DNA of 64,000 bases from the human T2T-CHM13v2.0 reference genome, Homo sapiens (GCF_009914755.1 NC_060935.1); one strand, 5' to 3'; positions 1-18,551 are shown, counted from the first letter of the stretch. The notes: generated from the letters alone by a model not told the origin. Numbers and translations: made by a program.

Positions 1-4707
<4,707 letters not shown>

Positions 4708-5379
4708 TTTTTTTTTAAAAACACTATAAACTGACGAATTACATTCCTTCTGCTTTCATATTTGGAGATCATCTTTTAGGGGTATGACATACTGGGCATA
4801 TTCTAAAAACCTCATAATAACATATTTATACCTGAATACATAAGATGATAAACTAAGAAGCAAAAAATTAGGTCACAGAACTATCATTTTATGTGTGTGA
4901 AGTCCTTAGGATATTATGGTTAAAACTTTAAATATATTCTGCAAATGGAAAAAAAAATAACCAGGTGTATAATATGAACTGGCGCCAGTATTAAAGGAAC
5001 TGGCATAAATAACCTGATGGGTAACACTGATACAGGTATAGGGGACAAAGGGTAGGGAGGACAGATGAGACCTAGGGCACAGAAAGTAGTTGTAAAAGAT
5101 TTTGCTGATTTCCTTGCTTATCTCCTTTATCTGGCCAAGAAGTAAGGGAAGAGAATAAGATCTTTGAAAGAACAAATGTGACCTTCTCTTCTATTAAATT
5201 ATGAGCAAGAGTGACATATTTTCTGTTAGAATGTGGACAAATGGCTTTGAACTTTTAAGAAAAGGACAAGGCTGAGTCAGAAAGCTGGGTTTTACTCAAG
5301 CCACAGAGATGAAGTCATGATTACATTGTAGGATTACTGAGAAGGAGAGCAGTAGTTCCAAGTTAGGGATTTAGAATCC

Positions 5380-5570
5380 AGGTTCTTTTCCCTAGTGACA
5401 CCACTTATTAACTGTGGGACCTTAACCCCTCTGTGCTTCATTTTCCAAATTGTTAAAATGGGAATAATAGTGCCTACCTCACAGAGACTGAAATGAATAT
5501 TAAGTGAATTAACAGATATAAGTAAAGCATGTAAAATGGTATCTGGCACATTAATAAACACTAAATATTA
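5380..5570 (+). mobile_element. MIR SINE
   Basis: MIR core-like text: cctctgtgcttcattttcc...aaaatgggaataatagtgcctacctcacag...tggcaca. Confidence 0.7.
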
Positions 5571-5704
5571 GTGTTTATATGTTATTAATATATAGCTTTT
5601 TTAAAACCTTAAGATAATTATTTAACTGAACCTAGGCACTCATTTAAGTACCAATTATGAAATACCAATAGTGAATCTTTGTCTTTTAAAAAATAGTTAT
5701 TTTC

Positions 5705-5821
5705 TTTTTTTTTTTTTTTTTTTTGAGACAGGGTCTTGCTATGTTGCCCAGACTGGTCTTGAACTCCTGCCTCAGCCTCCCAAAGTGCAGGATTAACAGG
5801 TGTGAGCTAATGTGCCTGGCC
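5705..5821 (-). mobile_element. FLAM / Alu monomer
   Basis: PolyT followed by reverse-complement Alu left monomer; flanked by direct repeat aaaaaatagttatttt (TSD). Confidence 0.85.
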
Positions 5822-6097
5822 CAAAAAATAGTTATTTTCTATTATAGAAGTAATTTAGTTTAAAAAAGCACACTATGTGGAAATCTTGATTCTTACTTCA
5901 AGGTCATGGCTCATGGGCGACCATCTGCCTGGTGCCAGGTTCCCCAAAAGTGCTGGTTAACTATAATAGCTATGAGGAAGCCAGAGACTCTACAAGGGTA
6001 GTTTTTAAAAGTCTAAACTTATAAACTGGTACACATAAAAGCAGTTATACAAGGCACAAGAACTGTACAAAAGAGACATTTTTACATATTACTTTAC

Positions 6098-6151
6098 CTT
6101 TTTTGTAAATTCTGTAGTTGTTTCCATAAGTTGCTTTTCTTGATCTGTAAA
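6098..6151 (-). CDS. CCDC90B: CCDC90B coding exon 7 (FTDQEKQLMETTTEFTKK), 54 nt
   Basis: tag| acceptor and AAG|gtaaag donor; in frame with the preceding exons; matches recalled CCDC90B protein. Confidence 0.93.
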
Positions 6152-6243
6152 CTATAGGATATGAAGCAGCAGGAAGTTAAAAAAAAAGTCTAAAAATAAA
6201 AAAGGAGTAAGTAACCAAGAAAGTACATTTAAAAGAACATTAC

Positions 6244-6315
6244 CATATCTGTTACTCTGCTCCTTTCTAAGTTGATATCCAGTTTATTATCTGCTCTGAT
6301 TCGACTGGTTTCATG
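6244..6315 (-). CDS. CCDC90B: CCDC90B coding exon 6 ([24 protein letters not shown]), 72 nt
   Basis: ttctttaaag| acceptor, ATG|gtaat donor, phase 0/0. Confidence 0.93.
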
Positions 6316-6401
6316 CTTTAAAGAAAGCAAAGATATTTAAAAAATGATCTTGTAACGAATATTTGTTCTGAAATTAACAGCTAGAAAAAAAAATCACTTA
6401 C

Positions 6402-6443
6402 CATTAGTTGTTGCTTAACTTGGTCTAATTCAATTTTCATTTT
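6402..6443 (-). CDS. CCDC90B: CCDC90B coding exon 5 (KMKIELDQVKQQLM), 42 nt
   Basis: cctag| acceptor, ATG|gtaagt donor, phase 0/0; coiled-coil heptads. Confidence 0.93.
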
Positions 6444-7089
6444 CTAGGTACAGGAAAGATCACATGCAATTAGCATTAAACCAAGTCTATATTATGATTA
6501 AAAAAATCTGAAACCCTAGATTACCAAAATTTGGACAATCTATGGATTTCTAATACAGAATTGATAAGGAAAAAAATCTTCAAAAGAAACTAGTAAGCCA
6601 CTGTATTCAGAAAATAATTCTTATGAGCAAAATGCATTTGTTTTTATATTATACTTTTAAAAACTGATTTTCTAAATTTAAAAATAAGCTATAGTGGATA
6701 ACATAACTTAAAATTCTGACTTAATTACAGAAATATACTTTTAAGTCACAAAGACATTTAGTACAGGATTAAATAAAATAGAAAATGCCGTATTACTCTC
6801 AGCTCTGAAACCATTATATACAAATTTTATATATATAGCTCAAAGATTTTGTTTTATGTGGTTTTATATGTATAAAATGTAACTCTTATTCTCTTCAGTA
6901 TGCAAAGCACTATGATTTATATAGAAAAAGATTAGGTATGGTTAAACAAATAGTGTGTTTTTAAATCTAAAAACTTATTGTTTACTAACCACATGGAATT
7001 ATTACTTGGTCTTATTAACTTATTCCTTAAGTAGGATGCTTATTATGAGATCAGTTATTTTATAAGTAATAAATTAAAATTTGTATCAC

Positions 7090-7191
7090 CTCATTCTCTG
7101 CTCTCAGATTTGCAAATTCACTTTTCTCTAGGATGACCATGTCTTTCCTGATAGCATCCAAATGAGCCATTAGCTGTTGTACTGTTATTTC
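7090..7191 (-). CDS. CCDC90B: CCDC90B coding exon 4 ([34 protein letters not shown]), 102 nt
   Basis: ttttctag| acceptor, GAG|gtgat donor; [11 protein letters not shown] is the DUF1640/CCDC90-MCUR1 family motif. Confidence 0.95.
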
Positions 7192-7823
7192 CTAGAAAAC
7201 AAAATAAAAATAACCTAGTGATCTATAGAAAGCCATCTTTTTATTTACAGAATTGTTTTCATGAAATTTAAATGAATTTGTTAACATGCTACAAGGTATA
7301 ATGTTGACTGGTTAAGTAAATATGAAACCTACATATCTGAAATATCAAAATGAAAAGAAAGAGATTCAAGGAAGAAAAAAAGGATTTCCTAGTGAAGAGA
7401 GATAAATTTGTAGGCCTTTGAATGAAAAGAATCTCAATAAAATGCTTCCTTAGACCCTAAGAGTTCCTCAAAAAAAATAATGTTTTGTTCTTATTTTTTG
7501 AATACCCAGATGGAAAGGGTTTTATCTCTTATTACTTTGATTTTGAGAGATTTTCTACCACTGGAAAATTCCATGGTATTGGATACGACTCAGAAGTCAG
7601 GCAGTAAAACAAAATAGATGTATAGTTAAAATAATTGCCCTTTGTCCGCACAACATAACCAATTTTGTTTAAATTCCTGGGTATCCTCCCTATTATTTGG
7701 CACTACAAAGAATATGTGAAAGGTAGCACTTACCTGATAGATTTATAAGCTTTTGCCTCGTTAGGGAGGGACAATTTTGTAGAAATGATTTAAGACAGCC
7801 TTACAAAGAAAATATAACTGTTA

Positions 7824-8043
7824 CAGATTGAATATCCCTAATCCAAAAATCTGAAATCCAAAATCTGGAACTTTTTGAGTGCTGACATAACACTCAAAGG
7901 AAATGTGCATTGGAGTATTTTGGATTTCAGATTTGGGATGCTCAACTGGTAACTGTATTGCAAATATTCCAAAAAAAAAAAAAAAAATTGAAATCTGAAA
8001 CACTTCTGGTCCCAAGCATTTCAGATAAGGGATATTCAACCTG
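7824..8043. mobile_element. Tigger4a/MER46-type MITE (TcMar-Tigger)
   Basis: Terminal inverted repeats cag(a/g)ttgaatatccct...agggatattcaacctg, flanked by TA on both sides. Confidence 0.85.
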
Positions 8044-8174
8044 TAGCACTAAACTTCTTAAAATCAGGTAGCTTGCTAATTTCTCTATCCTTTACCAAAA
8101 GAAAAAGCAGATGAGGTATAACCTTATTAAGGACTCTGTATAACAGTTTAGAAATAAAACAAGAAAGCCCAAAA

Positions 8175-8410
8175 AAGAGTGTGAGTTCTGGAGTCAGGCT
8201 GTCTAGGTTTGAACCCAAACTCTGCCATTTACTGTGAGATGCCAGCAAGTCATTTAACTTCTCTGGTCTCCTCATTGGTAAAATGGAAATAGTAACAGTA
8301 CCTGGTACAACTTAAAGAGTTGTTTTGAGGATTAAATGAGATTATGCACATATAATGCTTAAGACAGTACTTGGCATATGGTTAGCACTGAGATGTTAGC
8401 TATTATTATT
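8175..8410 (+). mobile_element. MIR SINE
   Basis: tctggagtcaggc...ggtttgaacccaaactctgccatttac...aaaatggaaatagtaacagtacct...gaggattaaatgag. Confidence 0.75.
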
Positions 8411-8810
8411 ACCGATGGGACAGGGATCTAATGGCTGAAGCAGGATAGTCTAATGCTAATGTATTAATGTGGAGGAAGTTTGGACTTCTTATAATACATA
8501 AAAGTTTTTAACTGTGTACAACAGACATTGCTGACTCATGCCTTTTCTAACCCTCATATATTACTGGGGAGGGTTGTTCATTTTCTTTTATTCAGTTCTG
8601 CTTGACATATTTTAGGAGAATTAATTCAGAAGTCACACAGATGTGGCCTCTAGGGGCTGGCAGTCGTGTTTGCCCCAAATATCACTATAAAGGAATTATA
8701 TGACATTAAAAATAATGTATTCTTATTACTGAGATTACATAGAAGTTGGAAAGCTAATTACAGACTTCTTGTGGTGTCTGAACCTGAAAATAAGGGATTG
8801 TACTGTGGCC

Positions 8811-9098
8811 TTTTTGAGACAGAGCCTTGCTCTGTCACTCAGGCTGGAATGCAGTGGCGCAATCTTGTCTCACTGCAGCCTCCACTTCCTGGGTTCGAGT
8901 GATTCTCGTGCCTCAGCCTCCTGAGTAGCTGGGACCACATGCACCCACCATCATGCCTGGCTAATTTTTTTGTATTTTTAGTAGAGACAGGGTTTTGCCA
9001 CGTTGGCCAGGCTGGTCTCGAACTTCTGACCTCAAGTGATCTGCTCACCTCAGCCTCCTGAAGTGCTGGGATTACAGGCGTGAGCCACCACACCAGCC
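8811..9098 (-). mobile_element. AluS
   Basis: Full dimeric Alu, reverse complement. Confidence 0.95.
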
Positions 9099-9932
9099 TT
9101 AATGTGGCTCTTAAGAGCCTCTTTTTACCTCATTCTTCCTTTAAATACAGACTCAAAAAGCCTACAAAACTGCACAGGTGTCCATCTGTAACAACTTTAA
9201 ATGTACACATAATCCATTGTTAAGTAGCTAAATCTATTAAAAGTGTGATTTTTTTAAACTACTATGGAGCCATCAGAGAATATTCAGATTTTAATCAAAA
9301 TCACAATATAATCAAATTTTCAGAATAAGACTTTATTATTTTATTTTTTCCCCCTCATCCTGCTAGCTGACTTGTTTTCATATGGCCCTTTCTGAAGTGA
9401 TCAAGTATGCAGCTTAATGGCCTATGACCCTGAGCCTTAGCTTCACCCTTCATGACATCTCTGTGCCTTATTCTATACTAGAGGTGGGGTCAGCAATTGA
9501 ATTAGGTTCAAGAACAGAACAGGATTATTTAACTTCAGACAGCAGTAATAAAAAAGCCAAAAGTTTAATAGTGATATTTCTATACTCAATCCTACCTCTT
9601 GTATATAGGATTAAATGGTCCTGGCAGCACAAATATTCCTCAAATCACAGCTTTATTTCACTCCCTATATTATAGGTAAACTTAAAAATTTAAGACAAAA
9701 TTACTTTATTAAAAGTATCAGTAGCTCCATATAGCTCTTTCAGGACAGCTCGGAGCTTAGGAGTAACTAATTAGATGTTTGGCTTTTTCTTTAGTGGATT
9801 TAGTAGTCTGTTATGATCCTAAAAATGCATGTACAAACTTAAAGGTAAGTTAAATGTAGGGATTGAATGTTTCAATTTTAAATGTCTAATTAATTGGACA
9901 TTTGTCTACTATAATTGGAGATTACAGTTTTA

Positions 9933-10245
<313 letters not shown>

Positions 10246-11175
10246 ATAGTAGAAATCTGTAAGATCTTTTGATCTACCATGACCCTTTAATGAAATTTTA
10301 TGCAAAATATTCTAATTTTATATAAGAAATCCTGATTTTTCTCTGTGCTGTAAAATACTTATCTGAGGAAGGAAGCCTAAATTTGAAAAATTAAAATGAA
10401 AAAAATATAACCATAGGAAGAAAACAGATTCCTAAACATAATACATTATTTCATGACTGACAGAAATGAATTATTATTCCAGTTAAGTTCATTTAGTTTA
10501 TTCAGTCCTTTATATAAAATTATTGCTTTTTGTCCATACCACCACAGTGAAAACTCTTGCAAACTACTCAATCTCTCTGAGCCTGTCTTCAGTGGCCAAA
10601 TAGAATTCTGCTTACTTTTCAAGGTTATTAGAGATTAAATAATATACGAAAAGTACATAGCATTGTGCCACTTACATGTTAAATTCTTATGTTTGACTTT
10701 AAGGATTTTTATATTCAGTTAAATTAAGGCGTCTTAGCCAGGGAATTTATAAAGTCCCTCCCAGCCAACTAAGTCCTTTCCAGCTATGTCTGTGAAAATT
10801 AACCAATGTGTATGTATAGCAGCAATAAAATATACTGAATATATAGAAAGATTAGCTCTTCTGTGGTGAGCTTTCTAGAGGGAAAAAGTTGTTTCACAAA
10901 CAATCTACCACCACTCATGAATAACACAATATAATGATCTCATCCCATCAAAGATTTGGCAAAATACCATTCTCTGTTACCACAATATTATTACAACTAT
11001 TCTAACTATTCAGTCTCTCTAAATACTGACTTTATTCAATGTTTTTTTTTGTGGTCCCTTTAGAGAGAACAAGGAAGATATAAGCATGTTTGGAAGGTCA
11101 GTAGGTAGACAGAGACATAGTTATGAAATGATTGTCTAATGAAAGTATCAGAAGTGATAGTAATCAGTGTATTAC

Positions 11176-11279
11176 CTGTTGAGCTTGAGTGACCATCTCT
11201 TTATAGATAGTATCCAGGCTGACATTTGATAAAGCAGTTAACGCTGATACAATTGTTTCTGCTTGTGTTTTGTCAAATC
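11176..11279 (-). CDS. CCDC90B: CCDC90B coding exon 3 ([35 protein letters not shown]), 104 nt
   Basis: cctacag| acceptor, CAG|gtaat donor, phase 1/0. Confidence 0.95.
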
Positions 11280-11451
11280 CTGTAGGCAGCAAATAGGTAT
11301 TTTATTTTTTTTAAAGTGTATATCCTTATCAAAATAGACAGCAAGAGTAACTCCTCAACATTTAAATTGTTATACTCTTTTAAATAATGGTTACAATTAA
11401 AAAATTGACAGATAATACTAAATTACTCTCTAAAAGAACTCTACAACTTTA

Positions 11452-11764
<313 letters not shown>

Positions 11765-12590
11765 ACTCTAAAATTTTAATTCTCATTCTGTATCTCCCCA
11801 CATCTACATTAACACTGGATATGACTTTTTTTTTGAGTGTGTAATTGGCATAAAAAATTGTATTGCATTGTTATTTTAATGTTACTTAAATTTGCATTTC
11901 CTTGGTTTGTAGAGAGGTTAAGCATTACATATACTTTTTGTTATTTATATTTATTTTTCTGTGTTCTGCTTGTTTATAGCATTTGCCCACCTTTTTCTGT
12001 AAAACTGCTTGTTCTTCTTTTACATTTAGCTTTTCATCTATCTGAAATTTAGTTTTCAATAAGGGGATCTAATATATTTTTTCCCAGTGGCTAGTCACTT
12101 ATTATGTCTCATTTATTAAATAGTCCTTCCTTTCCCTAATTTGTAATGCCTTCATCACATATTAAATTCATGTCTGTGTCTCTTAATACCATTTTGTTCT
12201 ATTAGTCTATTCCTTTAATATCACATAATTTAAATTACTGTTTTGATATCAGGTAATTTTTTGTGCTTTTTTTTTATTTTTTAATCTCAAACATTTGTAC
12301 TTCCACACGGACTTTAGTTTAACCTAGAAACTCTAGTTTTTTTTCACTTAATTGGAATAATTCTGCACATATTATTTCATATGCTTTTTTCAATTAACAT
12401 ATCTTGAACATTCCCCATATCAGTAAATATTTCTCAAACAGTATCATTTTTAGTGACTATAAAATATTTCATTGTATGGATGGTACATCTATTTAGTTAC
12501 TTTTGATTGTTCATAATAGTGATATTGTCTTAACTAGGCATTATGAGTGCTATTAATTTTCTTCTTTCAGGAGGTATCCATGTTTCTCAC

Positions 12591-12710
12591 CATGAGTTTC
12601 CAAGTCCTGAACCAATGCATGGGTATCAAAAGTTAATTTCCTTTGTTCTAAAGGAGTTATATCCACTGGCCGCCTATCATATCCCTCCTTGGTTGTGGTA
12701 GTGAAGAACT
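12591..12710 (-). CDS. CCDC90B: CCDC90B coding exon 2 ([40 protein letters not shown]), 120 nt
   Basis: tctctttcag| acceptor, ATG|gtgag donor, phase 1/1; FDTH family motif. Confidence 0.95.
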
Positions 12711-14343
12711 CTGAAAGAGAAGACAATTTTTTTCTTTTGTAGTAACTGATAGCTTACAAAGCTACTTTAGCTTACAAAGCATTTTCCCCATCCATTTATA
12801 ATATAGTTCCAGCTCTTCTAGTTTTGTCATCTCACCCAAGTTAATTGACTCCTCTGAGCCTCTCTTTTATCTGAAAAGTCTCTGACGTTCTTCTGTACAT
12901 ACCAAACATTCAATAAATGTTTCTTTTCCCTCCTTTGGTATTCAGAAATGTTAAGAGTCAGTATAAACTTGTAATAAAACACACATCAAATGCTTTGGTT
13001 ATCACCACCTCAGCTCTAATTACTGAAAAGCAGAAACTGCACAATTCAATTCTTCTCTGTGCTCAGTAACAGTCTTTCAAAGAGCTATGAAAATTTTTTA
13101 CACTTAATCCCTGTTTAAAGTAGCTTTCCATACTCCCACTCACTTATATATCCACAGTTTATTTCCTACGTAGTTCTCAGCTCCAACATGAAATTATCTT
13201 ATTTGCTGTTTGTATCTCTGGATCAGAATGGAAGTTCCATGATGCTTTGACTGTGGTTTTCACTACTGTATCTTTAGCACGTAGAACAGTGCTTTGGCAC
13301 ATAGTTGGGCCACCAAGTTTTACTGTTGATTCAATCAATGAATTTGATTTGAAATCATGGACGTATTTACTGGTATCAACATAAGAACCCTAAGAAAAAT
13401 TTCTCATTTCTGAAATAACCCTTCTTGTCCTATTTCAATAAATTCCCCAAGTTTTAACCTAGACACAGTAAAGACCTTTTCTATATATTGCTGATGAATT
13501 TATTACAAGGTGCCCTGCCCATAAACAACTTTTGGGAAGGTGAAGGAGTTACCTTTACAGAGCCAATGGCAGAATTAGGATTCAGACTCAGGTACTTCTG
13601 ACTCCAAATCTTACACTCCATGCTGTCTCTCTTATGTATCTTAAGTCACTTAAAATATCTAGATATTTAAAAGGCTGCAACTTCAGGCATTATTTTTCCA
13701 CTAGTACTGTGTAGGACAAATGTGATTCCTTCTTTATATCCTTCTAGCCTAATGAATATTGATTGAGTGCTAGAACTTGTGCCAGGCATAGGGGATAAAA
13801 TCATAAGCAAAACCAGACATAAATGATATTCTCACTGATTTTATGGACTAGAAGGCAGGAAACAGATATTGTTTTTTTTAAAAAATCTAACAATAAACTC
13901 TAAATTCAAATGATAAAAGATTCATTAAAATACTCCAAAAAATTCTATTTAACTGAAGAGATAAAAGCAAGTAGCTGTAAATAAAGGTGGAGCAATTTTT
14001 AAAAACACACATATTAGTACACTGGTCAGTAATCTTTTTCACTTGAATGTCATCTAGAAGGGTAAAGAACTATGCCTTTGTGTGTAAATATCAGACCTAA
14101 GGTAGGAGAGAAAAAGAAAAATTAGAGGAAAAAGGGGCAGATTTCAGTAGTTTCAATAACAACTGCATTAGGAGTAATGATGGTACTCTTAGTTACATAT
14201 TCCTGATTAGAAGTTTATTTGGATTTAGAAAAAAAAAAATCAGTAATAATATTTAAATAATATTTTACTGTTTTCACATCTATTACCCCATCCTTAAAAT
14301 TCTCATTTTATGGATGAGGTAAATTGAGGCTCAGGGCTAAGTA

Positions 14344-14840
14344 TGGATGCTCCTCAGCTTATAAAAGGGTTATGTCCCAATAAATCCATCATAAATTGAA
14401 AATATCCTAAGCTGAAAATGCATTTAATACACCTAACCTGCTGAACATCACAGCTTAGCCTGGCTTACCTCAAGCTTTCGAGAACACTTACGTTAGCCTA
14501 TAGTTGGCCAAAATCATCTAACACAAAGCCTACTTTATAATAAAGTGTTGAATATTTCATGTAGACACCCAGATGGGCATTTTGTAAACATGATGGGATG
14601 CAAAAACAAAACCCAAAAACCCTGGCAATACTAAGTATTGGTTGTTTGCCCTTGTGATCAATGGCTAACTGGGAGCTGCGGCTTGCTGCCCCTGCCCAGT
14701 ATTGCAAGAATACTGCATTATCGTTAGCTTAGGAAAGGATCAAAATTCAAAGTACAGTTTCTACTGAATGCACACTGTTTTTGCACCATGGTAAAGTCAA
14801 AAATTTTTAAGTTAAACTATCTTAAGTTGAGGACTGTCTG
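14344..14840. mobile_element. Tigger5/MER47-family DNA transposon
   Basis: Starts ggatgctcctcagcttata, ends taagttgaggactgtctg; TA flanks. Confidence 0.75.
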
Positions 14841-15316
14841 TAATTAGTCTGAGATCTTATGGTCTCATAGCTAGGCAGATTAGTACAGTTCCTCTGACTT
14901 AGTCAACAAACACTCTGAATACCAGCAGCTTCCTGCTAAATTTGGGATAGAGACCAAATACCTTAACAAGCCAATAAATCTTTGTAGGGTGCAGCTCGTC
15001 TCATGTCCTACTATGCTCTCTCTGGTCCTCTGCTTTCAAGGGCTCTTTGATTTTAATTCCACAAACATGCCATGTGCTTTCCCTTCTCAGGGCCTTTGCC
15101 TAGCCCCTGCCCTGTTCAGAAAGCTCTCCTTTTCTTTGCCTGCTCATGTTTATCCTTCAGAGCTCAGTCTGAATGTTTCTTCCTCTGGAAAGCCTGATGA
15201 CTCCTTTAGTTTATGTCTCTCTCATGATGGTTTTTCATAGTACTGCACAGGATTCTTTTGCAAACCCTCTCATAATTTACACATTTATGTGACTCTCAGT
15301 TGTCTCCCCAAGAGAC

Positions 15317-15539
15317 CAGCAGTCAGCCAACTATAGCCCATAGACTACCACCGCCTGTTTTTCTAGTTTTATTCATTAGAACTAGATAGTTTTATTAGAA
15401 CACAGCTCATTCATTTATGGATTAATCTATGGCTACTTTCATGCTACAGTGGCAAAGCAAATAGTTGTGACTGACCTTACAGCCTACAAAGCCTGAAATA
15501 TTTATTAGGCTCTTTACAGAAAAAGTTTGTCAACCCCTG
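15317..15539. mobile_element. MER58A-like hAT-Charlie element inside an L2 remnant
   Basis: gtcagccaactatagccc...gaacacagctc...gcctacaaagcctgaaatattt...tttacagaaaaagtttgtcaacccctg. Confidence 0.75.
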
Positions 15540-16088
15540 CACTAAACTATACAGTCCTTGAGAGCAGGGACCACATCTGTTCTTGCTCACTACTGAATCC
15601 CCAATGCCTACACAATTCTGGATGCTCCATAGATACTTGCTGAATGAAAGGCACTGTGCTTGGCATTATGTATACACAATGATGAATAATACAAAGGAGA
15701 AGCATTTGGCCCTCCTTGAGAATAAAGGATCAAGAATGGCTATTTGGATGATGGTAGAACTATATTAAATCTGAGAGAAGTTATCCAGACAGGATGAATG
15801 AAATCAGCAAAATCTAGGCATGGGCTGCCTTTGCTATTCTCTTGGCTTCTATTTATTATGGGGTTAAGGAGAGCTGAGAATACAGAAGGATATGTAAAAC
15901 ATTATTCCTTATATGTGCTCAAATATTCACATAATATTTTGCTTAGTCCTCCCAATCCTATGAGGTAGGTATTGACACCCACTGGCAGTAGAACTTTGGG
16001 TTTCACTCCACTTTGGAAGCCATAAGGAACTGGAAAAACCATTGGATATTCATAGTAGGGTGTCATAATCACTATTCCAACTGTGTCA

Positions 16089-16451
<363 letters not shown>

Positions 16452-18324
16452 TTAATAGGTAGGGGAGATGAAGTGCCCAGAATCAGTGTTTCCAGCTCAA
16501 AGTGGAATAACAGATCCTTAATAATTTGAAGAGTTTTGTACAGACTTAAACATCTGTACAAAACCCCAAACCTTTCCTTTCATTGTTACTACTTTTGTTT
16601 CTTTGATACCTATCTTGTGCATTTGTTTGTTCGTAATAGCGAGATACAAACTCAAGAGTTTAAAGGTTTAACCAGTTTCACAAAACTACTAAGTCATAGA
16701 TTGTGGATTGGAACTCTGGCCTATCTTGCACCAAGCTCCTCTTTGCTGGAAAAGGTCAAATTTTACTTTTGAAAAAACAACCAAGCAAACATGTAAAGTG
16801 TTGTCCCATTAAATTAAAGCTGCAAGTTTTATATTAATTTACTGCTAATTTTACAGCTGAAACACTTCAGTGTATAGCCAGTTACTTTTCTGTCAGGAAT
16901 TCAAAAGAACAGGCATTAACAGCATATATTCTTACATGCTGGTCTACTAACGTGCTACACTAGTTGCACTAGAATAACTAAGGTCCTTCCATTGGTCAGA
17001 GGTCAAGGTTTTCAAATCCCTTGATTATTGACATTATTAGGCAAGTTTAAACTACTTGTATAAAATAAACATTCAATATTTGTTTAGTGAGGAAGGACAC
17101 AAATCCTACTAGTTGTAAGAAGAGATTTAAGGTTTCTCCAAGAACACTCAGATTCAAGTGGGATAACTTTTATGTTAAAACATTAACATGTACTTATGGT
17201 CATTTATTTCCCAGTATGATATACACTTCAAAGTTCATTCTCTAAGAACATTTAATTTTGTTTTCATTTGGATATGTAAAAGTCAACAAAGATGGCAGCT
17301 GGATGACTTCCTGAAGTTCAAAAGTGCTACCTCCTTTTTGTAAAATCCATCATAATGTGTATGTATGCTAAACACTCAAATACCTAACAAAAGAGACCTT
17401 GTGAATGACCCTGGCAGCTAAACAGCAATCTCACAGATGGAGGATCAACAACTGCAGTTTTGACTGCAGCTGTTACTGGTGTGGATTAAAATGAAACAAT
17501 GAGCAAAATAGCACAAGTAACAATATGGAGTATAAATAACAGCGTAGAAGTGTTTGGGTACCGAATGGCTCAGCGTACCTGGCACTGAAGATTCAAGAAG
17601 GTGAACAGAGATAAGAGGTGCCTATTCGCCTATTTTGTGGACAACCTTAAAACGGTTTAAAAACTGGGAGGGAAGTTAAAAAACTGGGGGTGAAAAACAA
17701 CGACGACAACAAAAACCTAGCCCTAGAAACATTTCTCTGAATAAAGTTAGATGTCTTCAGGACACCCTGTTAACAGGGGTGCCAACAGGTTGGAAACTTG
17801 TGGGTTCCAGTATTCACTTATTTTCCCAAAGTCTACAATGTGACTGAAATGTACTGAGAATTCCAGTGAGAATAAGGCAGACGTGGCCTGAAATTTATGA
17901 TGCTGTCTACCAAAAACCTGGGCTCGAGGCCAGCACCTAAAAAAACAAAATCAAAATTTGATCAGGCCACAAAAGAAAACAGGACACCCTCAAACACAGA
18001 TTACCTTACGTTGGCTCCTGACGAGATTACTAGCCTCTTGTCACCAAAAAACGGAAACAACGGCTGAGAAAGAAGCCGGGCGCGAAGCCCAGGCCTTCAA
18101 AGGTTCGCTTTAAGAACAGAAAGGCAGTGCTTTCCTCAGTCCTCGCCCCTTGGGGCGAGCTGGGCAAGTCGGGGCAGCAGGCAGCGGCGTCGCCCAGCAC
18201 AAGGCGTGAATCCGGGAGGAGGGCGTGGCACCTTCTCTTCCCGTTCGCTCGAGCAGGCGCGACCCCACGGGCATCGTCTCCCTAGAGAGCACTCAGGCAT
18301 CTATGACACGACGCCTTGCCTCAC

Positions 18325-18424
18325 CTCTCCGCAGGGCCGGCGAGAAATGCCCGCGGGGCCTTGAAACCCAACGATCTCCTCTGCCTTGGGAGAGCAAGAG
18401 CCGCCAAGCCTGGCGACTATTCAT
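18325..18424 (-). CDS. CCDC90B: CCDC90B coding exon 1 ([33 protein letters not shown]), mitochondrial presequence-like
   Basis: ATG at 18424; GAG|gtgag donor after 100 nt (phase 1, matches exon 2); Arg-rich, acid-poor N-terminus. Confidence 0.95.
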
Positions 18425-18551
18425 GTCCTCAGAGTTTTCCGGTGGGAGGGAGGCGGAAGACGGGGTAAATCTCGCACAGGCTTTCGGGCAAGGTAGTTCT
18501 GGCACCACAGGAATGCTGGGAATTGTAGTTTTCGCTCTGTCACAAGCTCAC

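Noticed and set aside
4708-6097. Final CCDC90B exons (transmembrane helix and stop)
   Set aside because: No matching coding sequence found; they must lie left of the window, beyond the L1.
18425-18508. GTG-initiated 28-aa N-terminal extension of CCDC90B
   Set aside because: Only an open frame; it overlaps promoter motifs and there is no sequence evidence of initiation.
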